A DNA stretch of 64,000 nt, taken from Verrucomicrobiia bacterium (GTDB lineage Bacteria; Verrucomicrobiota; Verrucomicrobiia; Chthoniobacterales; Chthoniobacteraceae). The position numbers were made by a program, and so were the translations under genes. The stretch spans positions 2,823 through 66,822 of the forward strand of contig JBEIUI010000001.1 of the NCBI GenBank assembly GCA_040374425.1, written 5' to 3'. Each line of letters opens with the position of its first letter. Position 1 is the first letter of the stretch. Under the pieces are notes generated by a model. That model was not told where the DNA came from. It made no database searches and saw only the letters and a program-made list of their open reading frames with translations. This document shows positions 48,029-56,559 of the stretch, piece by piece.

Positions 48029-48409
48029 ATGCGGCCTCCACCCAAAAAACGCATCGACACCCAGGCTGCCGTGTCGGTTCAGCCCGGGCTCAACGCGGCA
48101 TTTTCACAGATCAACCTCGGAGGTCTACCGCCCGGCCCGGAAACTCCCCCGCCCCGCCCCGCCCGGCTTGGACGCGTCGTGCTCCGCCGGGAAACCGCCC
48201 ACCGCGGGGGCAAAACGGTGATCGTGCTCGACGGGTTTTCCGAGCAGCTCTCCGAGGAGTTCATCACCGCACTGGGTAAAAAACTCCGGGCCGCCTGCGG
48301 CAGCGGAGGAACTCAGAGGGAGCGCGTCCTGGAGATCCAGGGAGAACACGCACCCAAAATCCGACAACTCTTAACCGAAGAAGGGTTCCAAGTCGCCGGG
48401 GTCAAATAA
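48029..48409 (+). CDS. yciH: SUI1/YciH-family translation initiation factor
   Basis: RRETAHRGGKTVIVLDGF...LGKKLRAACGSGGT...LEIQGEH matches the SUI1 fold signature. An alternative GTG start at 48005 overlaps the PhoH stop (ATGTGA). Confidence 0.8.
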   Translation: MRPPPKKRIDTQAAVSVQPGLNAAFSQINLGGLPPGPETPPPRPARLGRVVLRRETAHRGGKTVIVLDGFSEQLSEEFITALGKKLRAACGSGGTQRERVLEIQGEHAPKIRQLLTEEGFQVAGVK

Positions 48410-48962
48410 CCCCTTCCAACAAAGCGCGAATCTGGGCCTCGCGCGCCTGGTGCGTCGGCTCGTCCAACACCGCCTCCCCTGCCGACCAGGAAACCGCGTC
48501 CCCGTCGGGGATCGTCACCCAGGAGCGGCATCCGCCGTATCGGGGGGAATCGGCAAACACCAGGGGGGCAGCGAGCCGGTACACCCGCACAAAGGCGAGA
48601 CACACCCCCTGTTTTTCGTCGTAGCGGAAGCGCTCTTGAATGACTTCAGGCCGCCAAATGTGGAGAGGTTCCAGGCGGCGCACCACCTCCCAGTCGGAGA
48701 GGTCCCTGGTCCATTCCACCTGCACGGCATACCGCAGCTCGTGCTGACCGTCCCCGCGCGGCGCGGGAAGAAGCGTGTCCACCGGGAGCTTGAGCTTGGA
48801 GACTTGTTCATGGAAAAGCGTGGGAAAGAGGAGGAACTCCGGATGCTCAAAACGAAATCCCGCGCGGCCCTCGGCGATTCCGCCTTTGCGCAGGATGATG
48901 CTCTGGGTGCCGGAACCAAGAGCTTCGCAAACGAGGGTCCATTCTTTAAAACCGATACTCAT
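48402..48962 (-). CDS. DUF1802 family protein
   Basis: The N-terminus GFKEWTLVCEALGSGTQSIILRKGGIAE is typical of DUF1802. It overlaps the SUI1 3' end convergently by 8 nt. Confidence 0.65.
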   Translation of the reverse strand: MSIGFKEWTLVCEALGSGTQSIILRKGGIAEGRAGFRFEHPEFLLFPTLFHEQVSKLKLPVDTLLPAPRGDGQHELRYAVQVEWTRDLSDWEVVRRLEPLHIWRPEVIQERFRYDEKQGVCLAFVRVYRLAAPLVFADSPRYGGCRSWVTIPDGDAVSWSAGEAVLDEPTHQAREAQIRALLEGVI

Positions 48963-49077
48963 GGAGGGAAGGCTAGAGGGGAGGAGGGCCCGGGCAGAAG
49001 ACGGAAATCACCTGGAAATTCGGGATCCCTTCAGGAAGGTTGTTTGAGAGCGTTGTTTTCATCACACTGCAAAACAC

Positions 49078-49806
49078 ATGGCTTACAAGATCGACCTGCA
49101 CTGCCACTCCTGGTTCTCGGCGGACGGCGTCAGCAGTCCCGAGTCAATGGTCGCCTCGGCCCGGCGCAAGGGCGTGGACGGGCTGGCGCTGACCGATCAT
49201 AACACCTGCGAGGGCTATTTTGACCTGGTCGACCGCGGCCTGGCCCGGACCGACGGCCAGCCCGTCGACGGTTTTCTGGTGATCCCGGGCGTGGAGATGA
49301 GCACCGCCGAAGGGCATCTGCTCTGCCTCGGGGTGACTCTGCCCAATTTGAAGGGAACCCCGGCAGCCGAGGTCTGCCGCCAAGTGCATGCGCTGGGGGG
49401 CCTGGCGATTCCCGCGCATCCCTACGACTTTCTCCGAGCCGGCATCCGCGAGGCGGTGCTGGAGACCCTTGAGATCGACGCGCTGGAGGTGTTCAACGCC
49501 GCCACCACTTTGAAGAGCTGCAACCAAAGGGCCCTCGAATTCGCCCAACGCCGTCAACTCCCCATGACGGCCGGGAGCGACGCCCACCACAACGCCGCTG
49601 TGGCTACGGCTTACACGATCCTGCCGACCGACAACTTTTCTGTGCGCGGCATTCTCGACCAGATCCTGCGGGGCACGCAGCGGGAGGAAAAATACCTCAC
49701 CGCAGCCGACGCGCTTCGCAAGACAATGAACAACTGGTTGCGGCTTCGGAAAAAACGGGTGCGTCGGGGCGGGGGCCATGGGCCAGGGGGGAGGAGCCAG
49801 GGGTGA
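49078..49806 (+). CDS. PHP-domain metal-dependent phosphoesterase
   Basis: KIDLHCHSWFSADG, LALTDHN, AHP, and GSDAHH motifs. Confidence 0.85.
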   Translation: MAYKIDLHCHSWFSADGVSSPESMVASARRKGVDGLALTDHNTCEGYFDLVDRGLARTDGQPVDGFLVIPGVEMSTAEGHLLCLGVTLPNLKGTPAAEVCRQVHALGGLAIPAHPYDFLRAGIREAVLETLEIDALEVFNAATTLKSCNQRALEFAQRRQLPMTAGSDAHHNAAVATAYTILPTDNFSVRGILDQILRGTQREEKYLTAADALRKTMNNWLRLRKKRVRRGGGHGPGGRSQG

Positions 49807-50022
49807 GCGAAGTGGGAAGAAAGTCGTTCCTCGCGGGGTCTGACCGGCACGGAGCGATGCACCCGGCATCGGGGCTGGGGTTTACCTGAAACCCGAGGCT
49901 CAGGCGGGACTGCAGAGCGACCGGAAGGAAACGGCTCTGGCGTTGGGTGATTTCCAAAAAGTTCTCCGCGTCTCAGATTCTCCGCGTGAGAATGGTCTTT
50001 CTCTGCCGTCCCGGGGTTCGGT

Positions 50023-51180
50023 TTACAAGAGCCTTCCTGAGAAGAGCAGTAGACCGAAACAAACGGCGTGGAAAGTGAGGAGGACGTTCACCCAGCGCCA
50101 GACCGGGCCTTCGGGCCAGCGTTTCTGGTGTTTATCCCACCTCGCAAACGCGTCGTAACCGGAGAGCAGAGCGGCGTGGTAGATCCCGTAGAGGATGTAA
50201 TGGAGCTGCGTGCCGTGCCAGACGCCCATCAGGCCGAAAGTCAGAAACAGCCCGAGATAGGAGGAGGTGTATTTGCCCTTAAACCATTTGCCCTTGGAGG
50301 CGGCTAAAAGGAACCGCATGTAAACGTGGTCCCGGAACCAGAAGGAGAGCGACATGTGCCAGCGATTCCAAAAATCGCGGATGTTCGCCGCAAGGAACGG
50401 CAGGTTGAAGTTCTCGGGGGTGTGGACCCCGAAGAGATAACTCACGGCAATCGCAAACGCGCTGTAGCCCGCAAAATCAAAGAAGAGGTAGAAGCTGTAG
50501 GCATACATGGAGCTCAACAGCTCCAGCACGCCCCCGCCCGTGCCTACCCGGTCTAACCAGTAAGTTTTGATGAGCGCCGCGAGAATGAATTTGTAGAGGA
50601 ACCCCCGGAAAACCCGCTCCACCGCCCCGTCGAGATCCTGGAGAAACTCCTGGCGGTTCCGGCGCCGATTCCAGTCCTGCGTGAACCGGCGATAACGATC
50701 GATCGGGCCGGAGGAAAACGTCGCAAAGAAAAACAGGTAGGCCGCGAACTGGGCCGGGGAGAGGGATTTGATGACTCCATCGTGGATGCTGAAAATGACA
50801 TCCAACGCCCGAAACGTGACGTAGGAGATGCCGAGAAACCCGAAAGCGGTGCCCGGCCAGAGCTCGGGCAGGAACTTCGCCGCGGCGAGAGGCGCAATGG
50901 AGAAAGCCAAGGCCCAGGGGAAAAGCCGGCGGGATTTCCATTTTAAAAACGCCCAGCTCAGCGCGCCTTGATAGACGAGGAACCCGAGCGCGATGGTCAA
51001 CTCGCGCACCGCGATGCCGGGGCGAACGACCAAGGGATGGTTGAGATGCACCAGGAGCATGGCCCCGCTCGCCAGGAGCGCCCAACGCGCGTTGGCCTTT
51101 CCGAAAAGCCCCAACACAACGGTGGGCACCAGCAGATAAAGCAACAGCCCGAAATAGGTGAAATCAGCGTAGGGGCTCAT
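50023..51180 (-). CDS. dltB: MBOAT-family D-alanyl transfer protein DltB
   Basis: The N-terminus MSPYADFTYFGLLLYLLVP is DltB-like. MBOAT core FWNRWHMSLSFWFRDHVY with the conserved His. Polytopic. Confidence 0.9.
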   Translation of the reverse strand: MSPYADFTYFGLLLYLLVPTVVLGLFGKANARWALLASGAMLLVHLNHPLVVRPGIAVRELTIALGFLVYQGALSWAFLKWKSRRLFPWALAFSIAPLAAAKFLPELWPGTAFGFLGISYVTFRALDVIFSIHDGVIKSLSPAQFAAYLFFFATFSSGPIDRYRRFTQDWNRRRNRQEFLQDLDGAVERVFRGFLYKFILAALIKTYWLDRVGTGGGVLELLSSMYAYSFYLFFDFAGYSAFAIAVSYLFGVHTPENFNLPFLAANIRDFWNRWHMSLSFWFRDHVYMRFLLAASKGKWFKGKYTSSYLGLFLTFGLMGVWHGTQLHYILYGIYHAALLSGYDAFARWDKHQKRWPEGPVWRWVNVLLTFHAVCFGLLLFSGRLL

Positions 51181-51260
51181 GGGTGGGCAGGAGTGCTACA
51201 TGATTCCAGCCTCAGGAGCCCACGGTTTTTTAACCAAACCGCCCAGGCGCACCCTCCGGA

Positions 51261-52727
51261 TCAGAGCAGCTCGGCCAGTTTCCGACGATCGGCCTTGCCG
51301 TTGGCTGTCATCGGGAACGCCTCCAAAAACCTGAACTTCCGGGGCACCATGTAGGCGGGCACGCGCTCGGCCAGTCCGGCCTTGAGCCGGCTCGAAAAGT
51401 CGAACTCCGAGCCCTCCCAAGCCACGGCCGGCACGACAAACGCCATGAGCGATTCGATCCGGTCGCCCTTGCTTACAGGCAACACCACGGCATCGGCTAC
51501 TTCGGCTAAGGCGCGCAGGTTGGCTTCCAGATCCCCCAGCTCAATCCGGTACCCATTGACCTTCACCTGTCCGTCCATGCGCCCCTCAAAAAAGAGGAGG
51601 CCGTCGCGTTCCCGCCCCCAATCACCCGTGCGATAAGTGCGTGCAGGCGCCTCGTCGAAAAACACCTTGGAGGTGAGATCTTCCCGCCCCAGGTAACCCG
51701 GGCTCACGTTGGGTCCCGCGATGAGGATCTCGCCGCGTTCGCCTTCCGGCGCCCTCTGGCCGTCTTCGGAGCAAATAAAAACCCGGGTCCCGCGCATCTC
51801 GCGGCCCACCGGCAGGGGCGAATAACGCTCCAACACATCGCGAGTCACCTGAATGGAAGTCGTGGCCACGGTCGCCTCGGTCGGGCCGTAGGTGTTCCAC
51901 AGGGACGCCTTGGGAAACCGCTCCAGCAACTGGGAGGCGGTCTCAGGAGCGAGCGTTTCTCCGCAGAAAAGAAACCGGCGCAGCGTCGGCACCATCGCCT
52001 CCCTGAACCCGCGCTCGATCAAACACATCTGGGCAAAGGACGGAGTGGAAACCCAAGTGGTCACCCCCGAACGCCCCAGCGCTTCGTAGAGTTTTTTGAG
52101 GTTAGCCACCTCCTCCTTGGTGATGCTAAAGAGCGTGCCGCCAGTGACGAGGCTCAGGTAAAGGTCCATCACCGAGAGATCGAAGGAGAACGGGGCCTGG
52201 TTGAGAAAGGTTTCGCCCGGAGCAAGGAACGATTGTTCGTCGCACATCCAATCCACAAACACCTCGAGATTGGCCAGGGTGATAATGACCCCCTTGGGTT
52301 CGCCGGTGCTACCCGAGGTGAAGAGGATATAGAACGGGTCCTGCCCCTCCACCCGGTTCAACCCGCCCCCCCCCCCCGCCGCAGTCTCCGCGCACAGCGT
52401 GGCGATCCGCTCCGGGTTCAGCACCACAGCCGCTCCGGAGCTCTGCACAATGCGTTCGATGCGATGCGCAGGGATCGATACGTCGATCGGCACATACGGA
52501 CGCCCCGATTTCACGGCTGCCAGGAAAGCGACGAGCATTTCCGGCTCTTTATGCCCGGTCACCGCCACTGGCGCGCGGCTGCCCGGGAACTGGGTCTCAA
52601 GCCAATGCGCCAGGGAATCGGACCGTTCGAGAAGTTCGCCGTAGGTGAGCTGGCGGCCCGCACTCACATGCGCAAGGGACTCCGGCGCGACTCGCCCCCA
52701 ATGATCAATGCGATCGAGCAGATGCAC
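51261..52727 (-). CDS. dltA: D-alanine--D-alanyl carrier protein ligase DltA
   Basis: FTSGSTGEPKGV, QAPFSFDLSVMDLY, TWVSTPSFA, YRTGD, and a C-terminal NGKADR. GTG start, 5 nt after the dltX stop. Confidence 0.9.
   Translation of the reverse strand: MHLLDRIDHWGRVAPESLAHVSAGRQLTYGELLERSDSLAHWLETQFPGSRAPVAVTGHKEPEMLVAFLAAVKSGRPYVPIDVSIPAHRIERIVQSSGAAVVLNPERIATLCAETAAGGGGGLNRVEGQDPFYILFTSGSTGEPKGVIITLANLEVFVDWMCDEQSFLAPGETFLNQAPFSFDLSVMDLYLSLVTGGTLFSITKEEVANLKKLYEALGRSGVTTWVSTPSFAQMCLIERGFREAMVPTLRRFLFCGETLAPETASQLLERFPKASLWNTYGPTEATVATTSIQVTRDVLERYSPLPVGREMRGTRVFICSEDGQRAPEGERGEILIAGPNVSPGYLGREDLTSKVFFDEAPARTYRTGDWGRERDGLLFFEGRMDGQVKVNGYRIELGDLEANLRALAEVADAVVLPVSKGDRIESLMAFVVPAVAWEGSEFDFSSRLKAGLAERVPAYMVPRKFRFLEAFPMTANGKADRRKLAELL
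52366..52377. repeat. C12 (G12 on the coding strand) homopolymer inside dltA
   Basis: Counted directly: 12 consecutive C at 52366-52377. They encode the GGGGG run in ...TAAGGGGGLNRVEG.... Confidence 0.9.
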
Positions 52728-52732
52728 AGCGC

Positions 52733-52876
52733 CTAGAACCCTTGGTAAACAAACGAGGGTGTGGAAAAATCGCCGCGCCCATAGATGGCGAGCAACCCCG
52801 CGATGATCGCGAAGTAATAGAGCGCCAGAAGCGCGATCCGTGCACGAGGCCTCGCCTCAAACCAAGAAACTGTCAT
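52733..52876 (-). CDS. dltX: DltX-like small membrane protein (47 aa)
   Basis: MTVSWFEARPRARIALLALYYFAIIAGLLAIYGRGDFSTPSFVYQGF has a single TM helix and ends in F-V-Y-x-x-F, like the DltX FIYNEF C-terminus. It sits 4 nt after dltC and 5 nt before dltA. Confidence 0.7.
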   Translation of the reverse strand: MTVSWFEARPRARIALLALYYFAIIAGLLAIYGRGDFSTPSFVYQGF

Positions 52877-52880
52877 CCCG

Positions 52881-53138
52881 CTACGCGGCCAAGCGGCCAA
52901 GCACGTCAGCCACCAGTTGACGAGGGGTGGCCCAGTTTTCCCGTTCAAATTCAGCCGGCGAGATTTCCACGCCAATCTCAGCTGAGAGCGCGACAATGAG
53001 CTCCACGGTCTTCATGGAATCGAGCACCTGCAGATCATACAAGGCAAGGTCCGGATTCGAACACACCTCATAGCTTTCAGCGACGTTGGCGAGGACTTCG
53101 AGGATGCGTTCAGCGGTATCGGGGGCTACGAGGTTCAT
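52881..53138 (-). CDS. dltC: D-alanyl carrier protein DltC
   Basis: 85 aa. LDSMKTVELIVALSAEIGVEISPAEFERENWATP parallels the B. subtilis DltC segment LDSFGTVELLLAIE...EFDRDVWNTP. The Ser in DSM is the phosphopantetheine site. Confidence 0.88.
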   Translation of the reverse strand: MNLVAPDTAERILEVLANVAESYEVCSNPDLALYDLQVLDSMKTVELIVALSAEIGVEISPAEFERENWATPRQLVADVLGRLAA

Positions 53139-53223
53139 AGGGATGAGGGGAGGATGGGGGGCTGGGGGTACTGGGTTCCGGAGGAGGGAATTCGGGAGAC
53201 GGGGGAGGGGAATCTTAGGGGAC
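53139..53223. other. Polypurine, G-run-rich tract on the + strand (polypyrimidine leader on the dlt mRNA strand) directly upstream of dltC
   Basis: About ten runs of at least 3 G within roughly 85 nt, read directly from the sequence. The region abutting the dltC ATG has no purine-rich Shine-Dalgarno on the coding strand. Confidence 0.85.
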
Positions 53224-53421
53224 TTGCCTTTAACGTATGATCGAATCCCTTGAAAACTTGGAGCTTTTTTTTACGGCGGGAAAAAACCCGGTGCCGCATC
53301 GGGCCCGCGAACTGGAAACATTGCTTTATCTGGCAAGACAACACATTGGGAACACTCGAAAGTTAAGCGTTCAATGCCTCTGACGTGCCGCAGACGCTCT
53401 CTGCGCTTCAATCCGCCTCGA

Positions 53422-54702
53422 TCAAGGCTTCTCCGGGACCTCACCGGAGGCCGGTGCGGAAAGAAATCGCCCGTGATAAAAGTCATCGAGTGCCTTGTTG
53501 TAATAAAGCCAGCCCTCGCCGCTGAGGTGATCCAGGAAATCCACGGTGAATCCCGGGCTGGCTTCGCTGGCCGGGAAATCCGCCAAGGGGATGTTGTATT
53601 TCGTGGCCAACTTGCGCAAACGTCCCGTGTAAGCGGCGCGGGAAGAAGCCGAAATTCCGTACACCTCCAGGCGAATATCCTCGATGGGAATACTCAGGAG
53701 AAGCGGCTGGGCACCTAATTCAACAAACGTCCGCAGCAGCAGCTCAAAATCGGTCCATTCGCGGGCCCTGACGAGGGACTCCATGAAAACGAGATCCCGG
53801 GAGGACTTCGGGATTTTTTTCTTGGCGATCTCTTTGAGTTTGGACTGAACGGCGGCGGCATTGACGAATTTGGCGGCCTTTTTGAGCAGCTCGCTCCAAT
53901 TGAGCCCGCGCAAGCCACGCCGGGGAGTGGGGTTGAGTTTTTCATCCCACTCGAGGATGTACAGAGCCGACTCTACGTGATCCTGCATCCGGGCCACACC
54001 GGAGTGGAGTTTGCCGAGGGGCCAGACCAGCCCGTAAAGAATGCGATCGAGCCAGCGGTCTCTGGCGAGGTGACTCAGGGTAAATCGGAGAAGGGGCCGC
54101 GAATTGAGCGTTTTCGGAAAAGCCAACATGCGCCGGGCGACGTCGCGCTTGAGTGCGTGACTTAACTCCGAGCTAAAGGCCATTTCATAGGCCTGCATTT
54201 CTGAGAAATTGCCCTCGTAAAACGAGGGATCGAAAACCTCGGTAAAAAACCAGCCCGGTGAGATGGAGAAAGCCAGTTTTTTTCCGCGCACGCCAGCCCC
54301 CACCCCGGCCACCTTCTGGAGCACCGCCAGCGAGGTTGTCCCGGGTTTACCCACGGGAAACACCCGGAACCCGGTGGGATAATCCGCGAAGAACTGGTTG
54401 GCGTTGTTGGGCATGGTTTTGTGCAGCTCGGAGCTGCCGTAAAACACGAGGAGCTCGGGCTCTTCAAACGCGTGTCTCTGGAGGACGACCCCCTGAAGTT
54501 TCTCGGCGTTAAACTCCGGGGCCAGTGCATGAATGTAGCGCTTTTCGAGGCGCTCACACCAAGTCCAGCAAGCCCACACCAGCAACGCCCCCAGCAGCAA
54601 TGCACCCCCTGCGGCGATCAAATTCCTGGCGCCCGCATCGGCAACCGCCGCCTTCCGGGGGGCCACCGGGCTACCTGGCTTTTCTGAGGAAGAATCGCTC
54701 AT
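53422..54702 (-). CDS. dltD: DltD-like (SGNH-like) D-alanyl transfer protein
   Basis: N-terminal TM anchor, LVFYGSSEL (the DltD GSSE nucleophile motif), and C-terminal FTVDFLDHLSGEGWLYYNKALDDF (the D-x-x-H motif). Confidence 0.8.
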   Translation of the reverse strand: MSDSSSEKPGSPVAPRKAAVADAGARNLIAAGGALLLGALLVWACWTWCERLEKRYIHALAPEFNAEKLQGVVLQRHAFEEPELLVFYGSSELHKTMPNNANQFFADYPTGFRVFPVGKPGTTSLAVLQKVAGVGAGVRGKKLAFSISPGWFFTEVFDPSFYEGNFSEMQAYEMAFSSELSHALKRDVARRMLAFPKTLNSRPLLRFTLSHLARDRWLDRILYGLVWPLGKLHSGVARMQDHVESALYILEWDEKLNPTPRRGLRGLNWSELLKKAAKFVNAAAVQSKLKEIAKKKIPKSSRDLVFMESLVRAREWTDFELLLRTFVELGAQPLLLSIPIEDIRLEVYGISASSRAAYTGRLRKLATKYNIPLADFPASEASPGFTVDFLDHLSGEGWLYYNKALDDFYHGRFLSAPASGEVPEKP

Positions 54703-54783
54703 TTTTTCTCGGCTCCGGGCATCGCTCGGCCCAACTTCGCCACCCAGCGGGAGGTCCCCCTCGCGGAAGACGCGCGGAGGCGG

Positions 54784-56559
54784 CTACAAGCGGGACACGA
54801 GCAGTTCACGCTGGAAAATGAGCTCTTTGGGAAACCGGTCATGCAGGGTGAGGAACAACTCGGTTTGAGAGATGAGTTCCCGGTGCCATTCGCCCCCGTC
54901 AATACGCATGCATTCGTCGAATTTCTCCCGGGGATAATCGATCCCCGTCCAGTCAAACTCCTCGTAATGTGGCATCCAACCGATCTGTGTTTCCCGCGCC
55001 TTGGCCCGGCCGTGGCATCGGTCGATGACCCACTGCAAAATCCGGAAGTTTTCCCCGAACCCGGGCCAGAGGAACTGGTCTTCGGCGTCTTTGCGGAACC
55101 AGTTCACGTGGAAAATACGGGGCGGATCGCTCAGATCCCTGCGGATCCCCAACCAGTGGTTGAAGTAATCGCCCATGTTGTAACCGCAGAAGGGTAGCAT
55201 CGCCATCGGATCGCGGCGCACCTGACCGAGGCTGCCCACAGCTGCGGCCGTGGTTTCCGATCCCATGGTGGCCCCGAGATACACGCCGTGGACCCAGTTA
55301 AAGGATTGAAAAACCAGTGGCATGGTGGTGGCGCGGCGGCCCCCGAAAATAATCGCACTGATGGGCACCCCGGTCGCCTCCAATGCTTCGGGTGCCAGCA
55401 CCGGGTTGTTGGTCATCGGGGCGGTAAACCGGCTGTTGGGATGCGCCGCTTTTTCACCTGATTCGGGACTCCACGGCTGGCCCTTCCAATCCAACGTGCC
55501 GGGAGGCGCTGGCTCATCCTTGCCCTCCCACCAAACGTCGCCGTCGGGAGTGAGCGCGACGTTGGTGTAGATCGTGTCCCGGGCAATGGTCAGCATCGCG
55601 TTCGGGTTGGACTTGTAGTTGGTGCCGGGGGCGACCCCGAAATATCCCGCCTCCGGGTTGATGGCGTAAAGCCGGCCATCGGCGCCCGGCTTCATCCAAG
55701 CGATGTCGTCTCCGATGGTGGTAATCTTCCATCCCGGGAACTGGTCCGGGGGAATGAGCATGGCGAAATTGGTCTTTCCGCAGGCGCTGGGAAACGCGGC
55801 TGCCACGTAGGTTTTCTCCCCAGCGGGCGATTCCACGCAGAGAATCAGCATGTGCTCGGCCATCCATCCCTGGATGCGGCCCAAATAACTGCCGACACGC
55901 AAAGCCAAACATTTCTTACCCAGCAACACGTTGCCGCCGTAGCCGGATCCGACCGAGATGATGGTGTTATCCTGAGGGAAATGGCAGATGAAGCGCCGTT
56001 CGGGGTTGCAATCGAGCACGCTGTGGATGCCCCGGTTGAAATCGTCGCCATCGCCGAGCTGCTCCAGAGCCACCCGCCCCATGCGCGACATGATGCGCAT
56101 GTTGAGCACCACATAGATCGAGTCGGTCAGCTCCACGCCGATCTTGGTGAGGGGCGACCCCTGGGGGCCCATCAGATAAGGCACCACGTACATCGTGCGC
56201 CCCTTCATCCCGCCCCGCAGCATCCCGTAGAGCTTCTCATACATGTCCCGGGGCGGCGCCCAGTGGTTGGTCGGCCCGGCCTCGTCCCGTGCCGGGGTGC
56301 AGATGTAGGTGCACTGCTCGACTCGGGCCACATCGTTCGGGTTGGACCGGTGGTAATAACACCCGGGCAGTTTCTCCTGGTTCAGCTTCAACAAAACCCC
56401 CTGCGCCACGGCGGCCTCCAAAAGACCCGCTTTTTCCTCCTCACTGCCGTCGCACCAAAACACCTGGTCCGGCGTGGTCAATGCGGCAATCGTCTCCACC
56501 CATTTTTTGAGGGTCACGTTATTTGAGGTGGAAGTTCCAAAGGTGGTCCCGGTTTCCAT
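54784..56559 (-). CDS. pckG: Phosphoenolpyruvate carboxykinase (GTP)
   Basis: FPSACGKTN kinase-1a motif, GDDIAWM, NWFRKD, and overall GTP-PEPCK architecture. ATG at 56559 (METGTTF). Confidence 0.95.
   Translation of the reverse strand: METGTTFGTSTSNNVTLKKWVETIAALTTPDQVFWCDGSEEEKAGLLEAAVAQGVLLKLNQEKLPGCYYHRSNPNDVARVEQCTYICTPARDEAGPTNHWAPPRDMYEKLYGMLRGGMKGRTMYVVPYLMGPQGSPLTKIGVELTDSIYVVLNMRIMSRMGRVALEQLGDGDDFNRGIHSVLDCNPERRFICHFPQDNTIISVGSGYGGNVLLGKKCLALRVGSYLGRIQGWMAEHMLILCVESPAGEKTYVAAAFPSACGKTNFAMLIPPDQFPGWKITTIGDDIAWMKPGADGRLYAINPEAGYFGVAPGTNYKSNPNAMLTIARDTIYTNVALTPDGDVWWEGKDEPAPPGTLDWKGQPWSPESGEKAAHPNSRFTAPMTNNPVLAPEALEATGVPISAIIFGGRRATTMPLVFQSFNWVHGVYLGATMGSETTAAAVGSLGQVRRDPMAMLPFCGYNMGDYFNHWLGIRRDLSDPPRIFHVNWFRKDAEDQFLWPGFGENFRILQWVIDRCHGRAKARETQIGWMPHYEEFDWTGIDYPREKFDECMRIDGGEWHRELISQTELFLTLHDRFPKELIFQRELLVSRL

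Noticed and set aside
49962-49993. A direct repeat TTCTCCGCGT (49962-49971 and 49978-49987) with an embedded hairpin ATTCTC-CGCGT-GAGAAT, lying between convergent genes (PHP and dltB).
   Set aside because: It may be a weak terminator for dltB, since a T5 run follows about 20 nt later on the minus strand. The stem is short and AT-poor, and the T-tract is not adjacent. That is too weak to call as a feature.
52877-52996. The upstream extension of the dltX ORF (87-aa version), which overlaps the last 116 nt of dltC.
   Set aside because: The extension overlaps the well-supported dltC frame and has no membrane or motif features. The internal ATG gives a canonical-size DltX.
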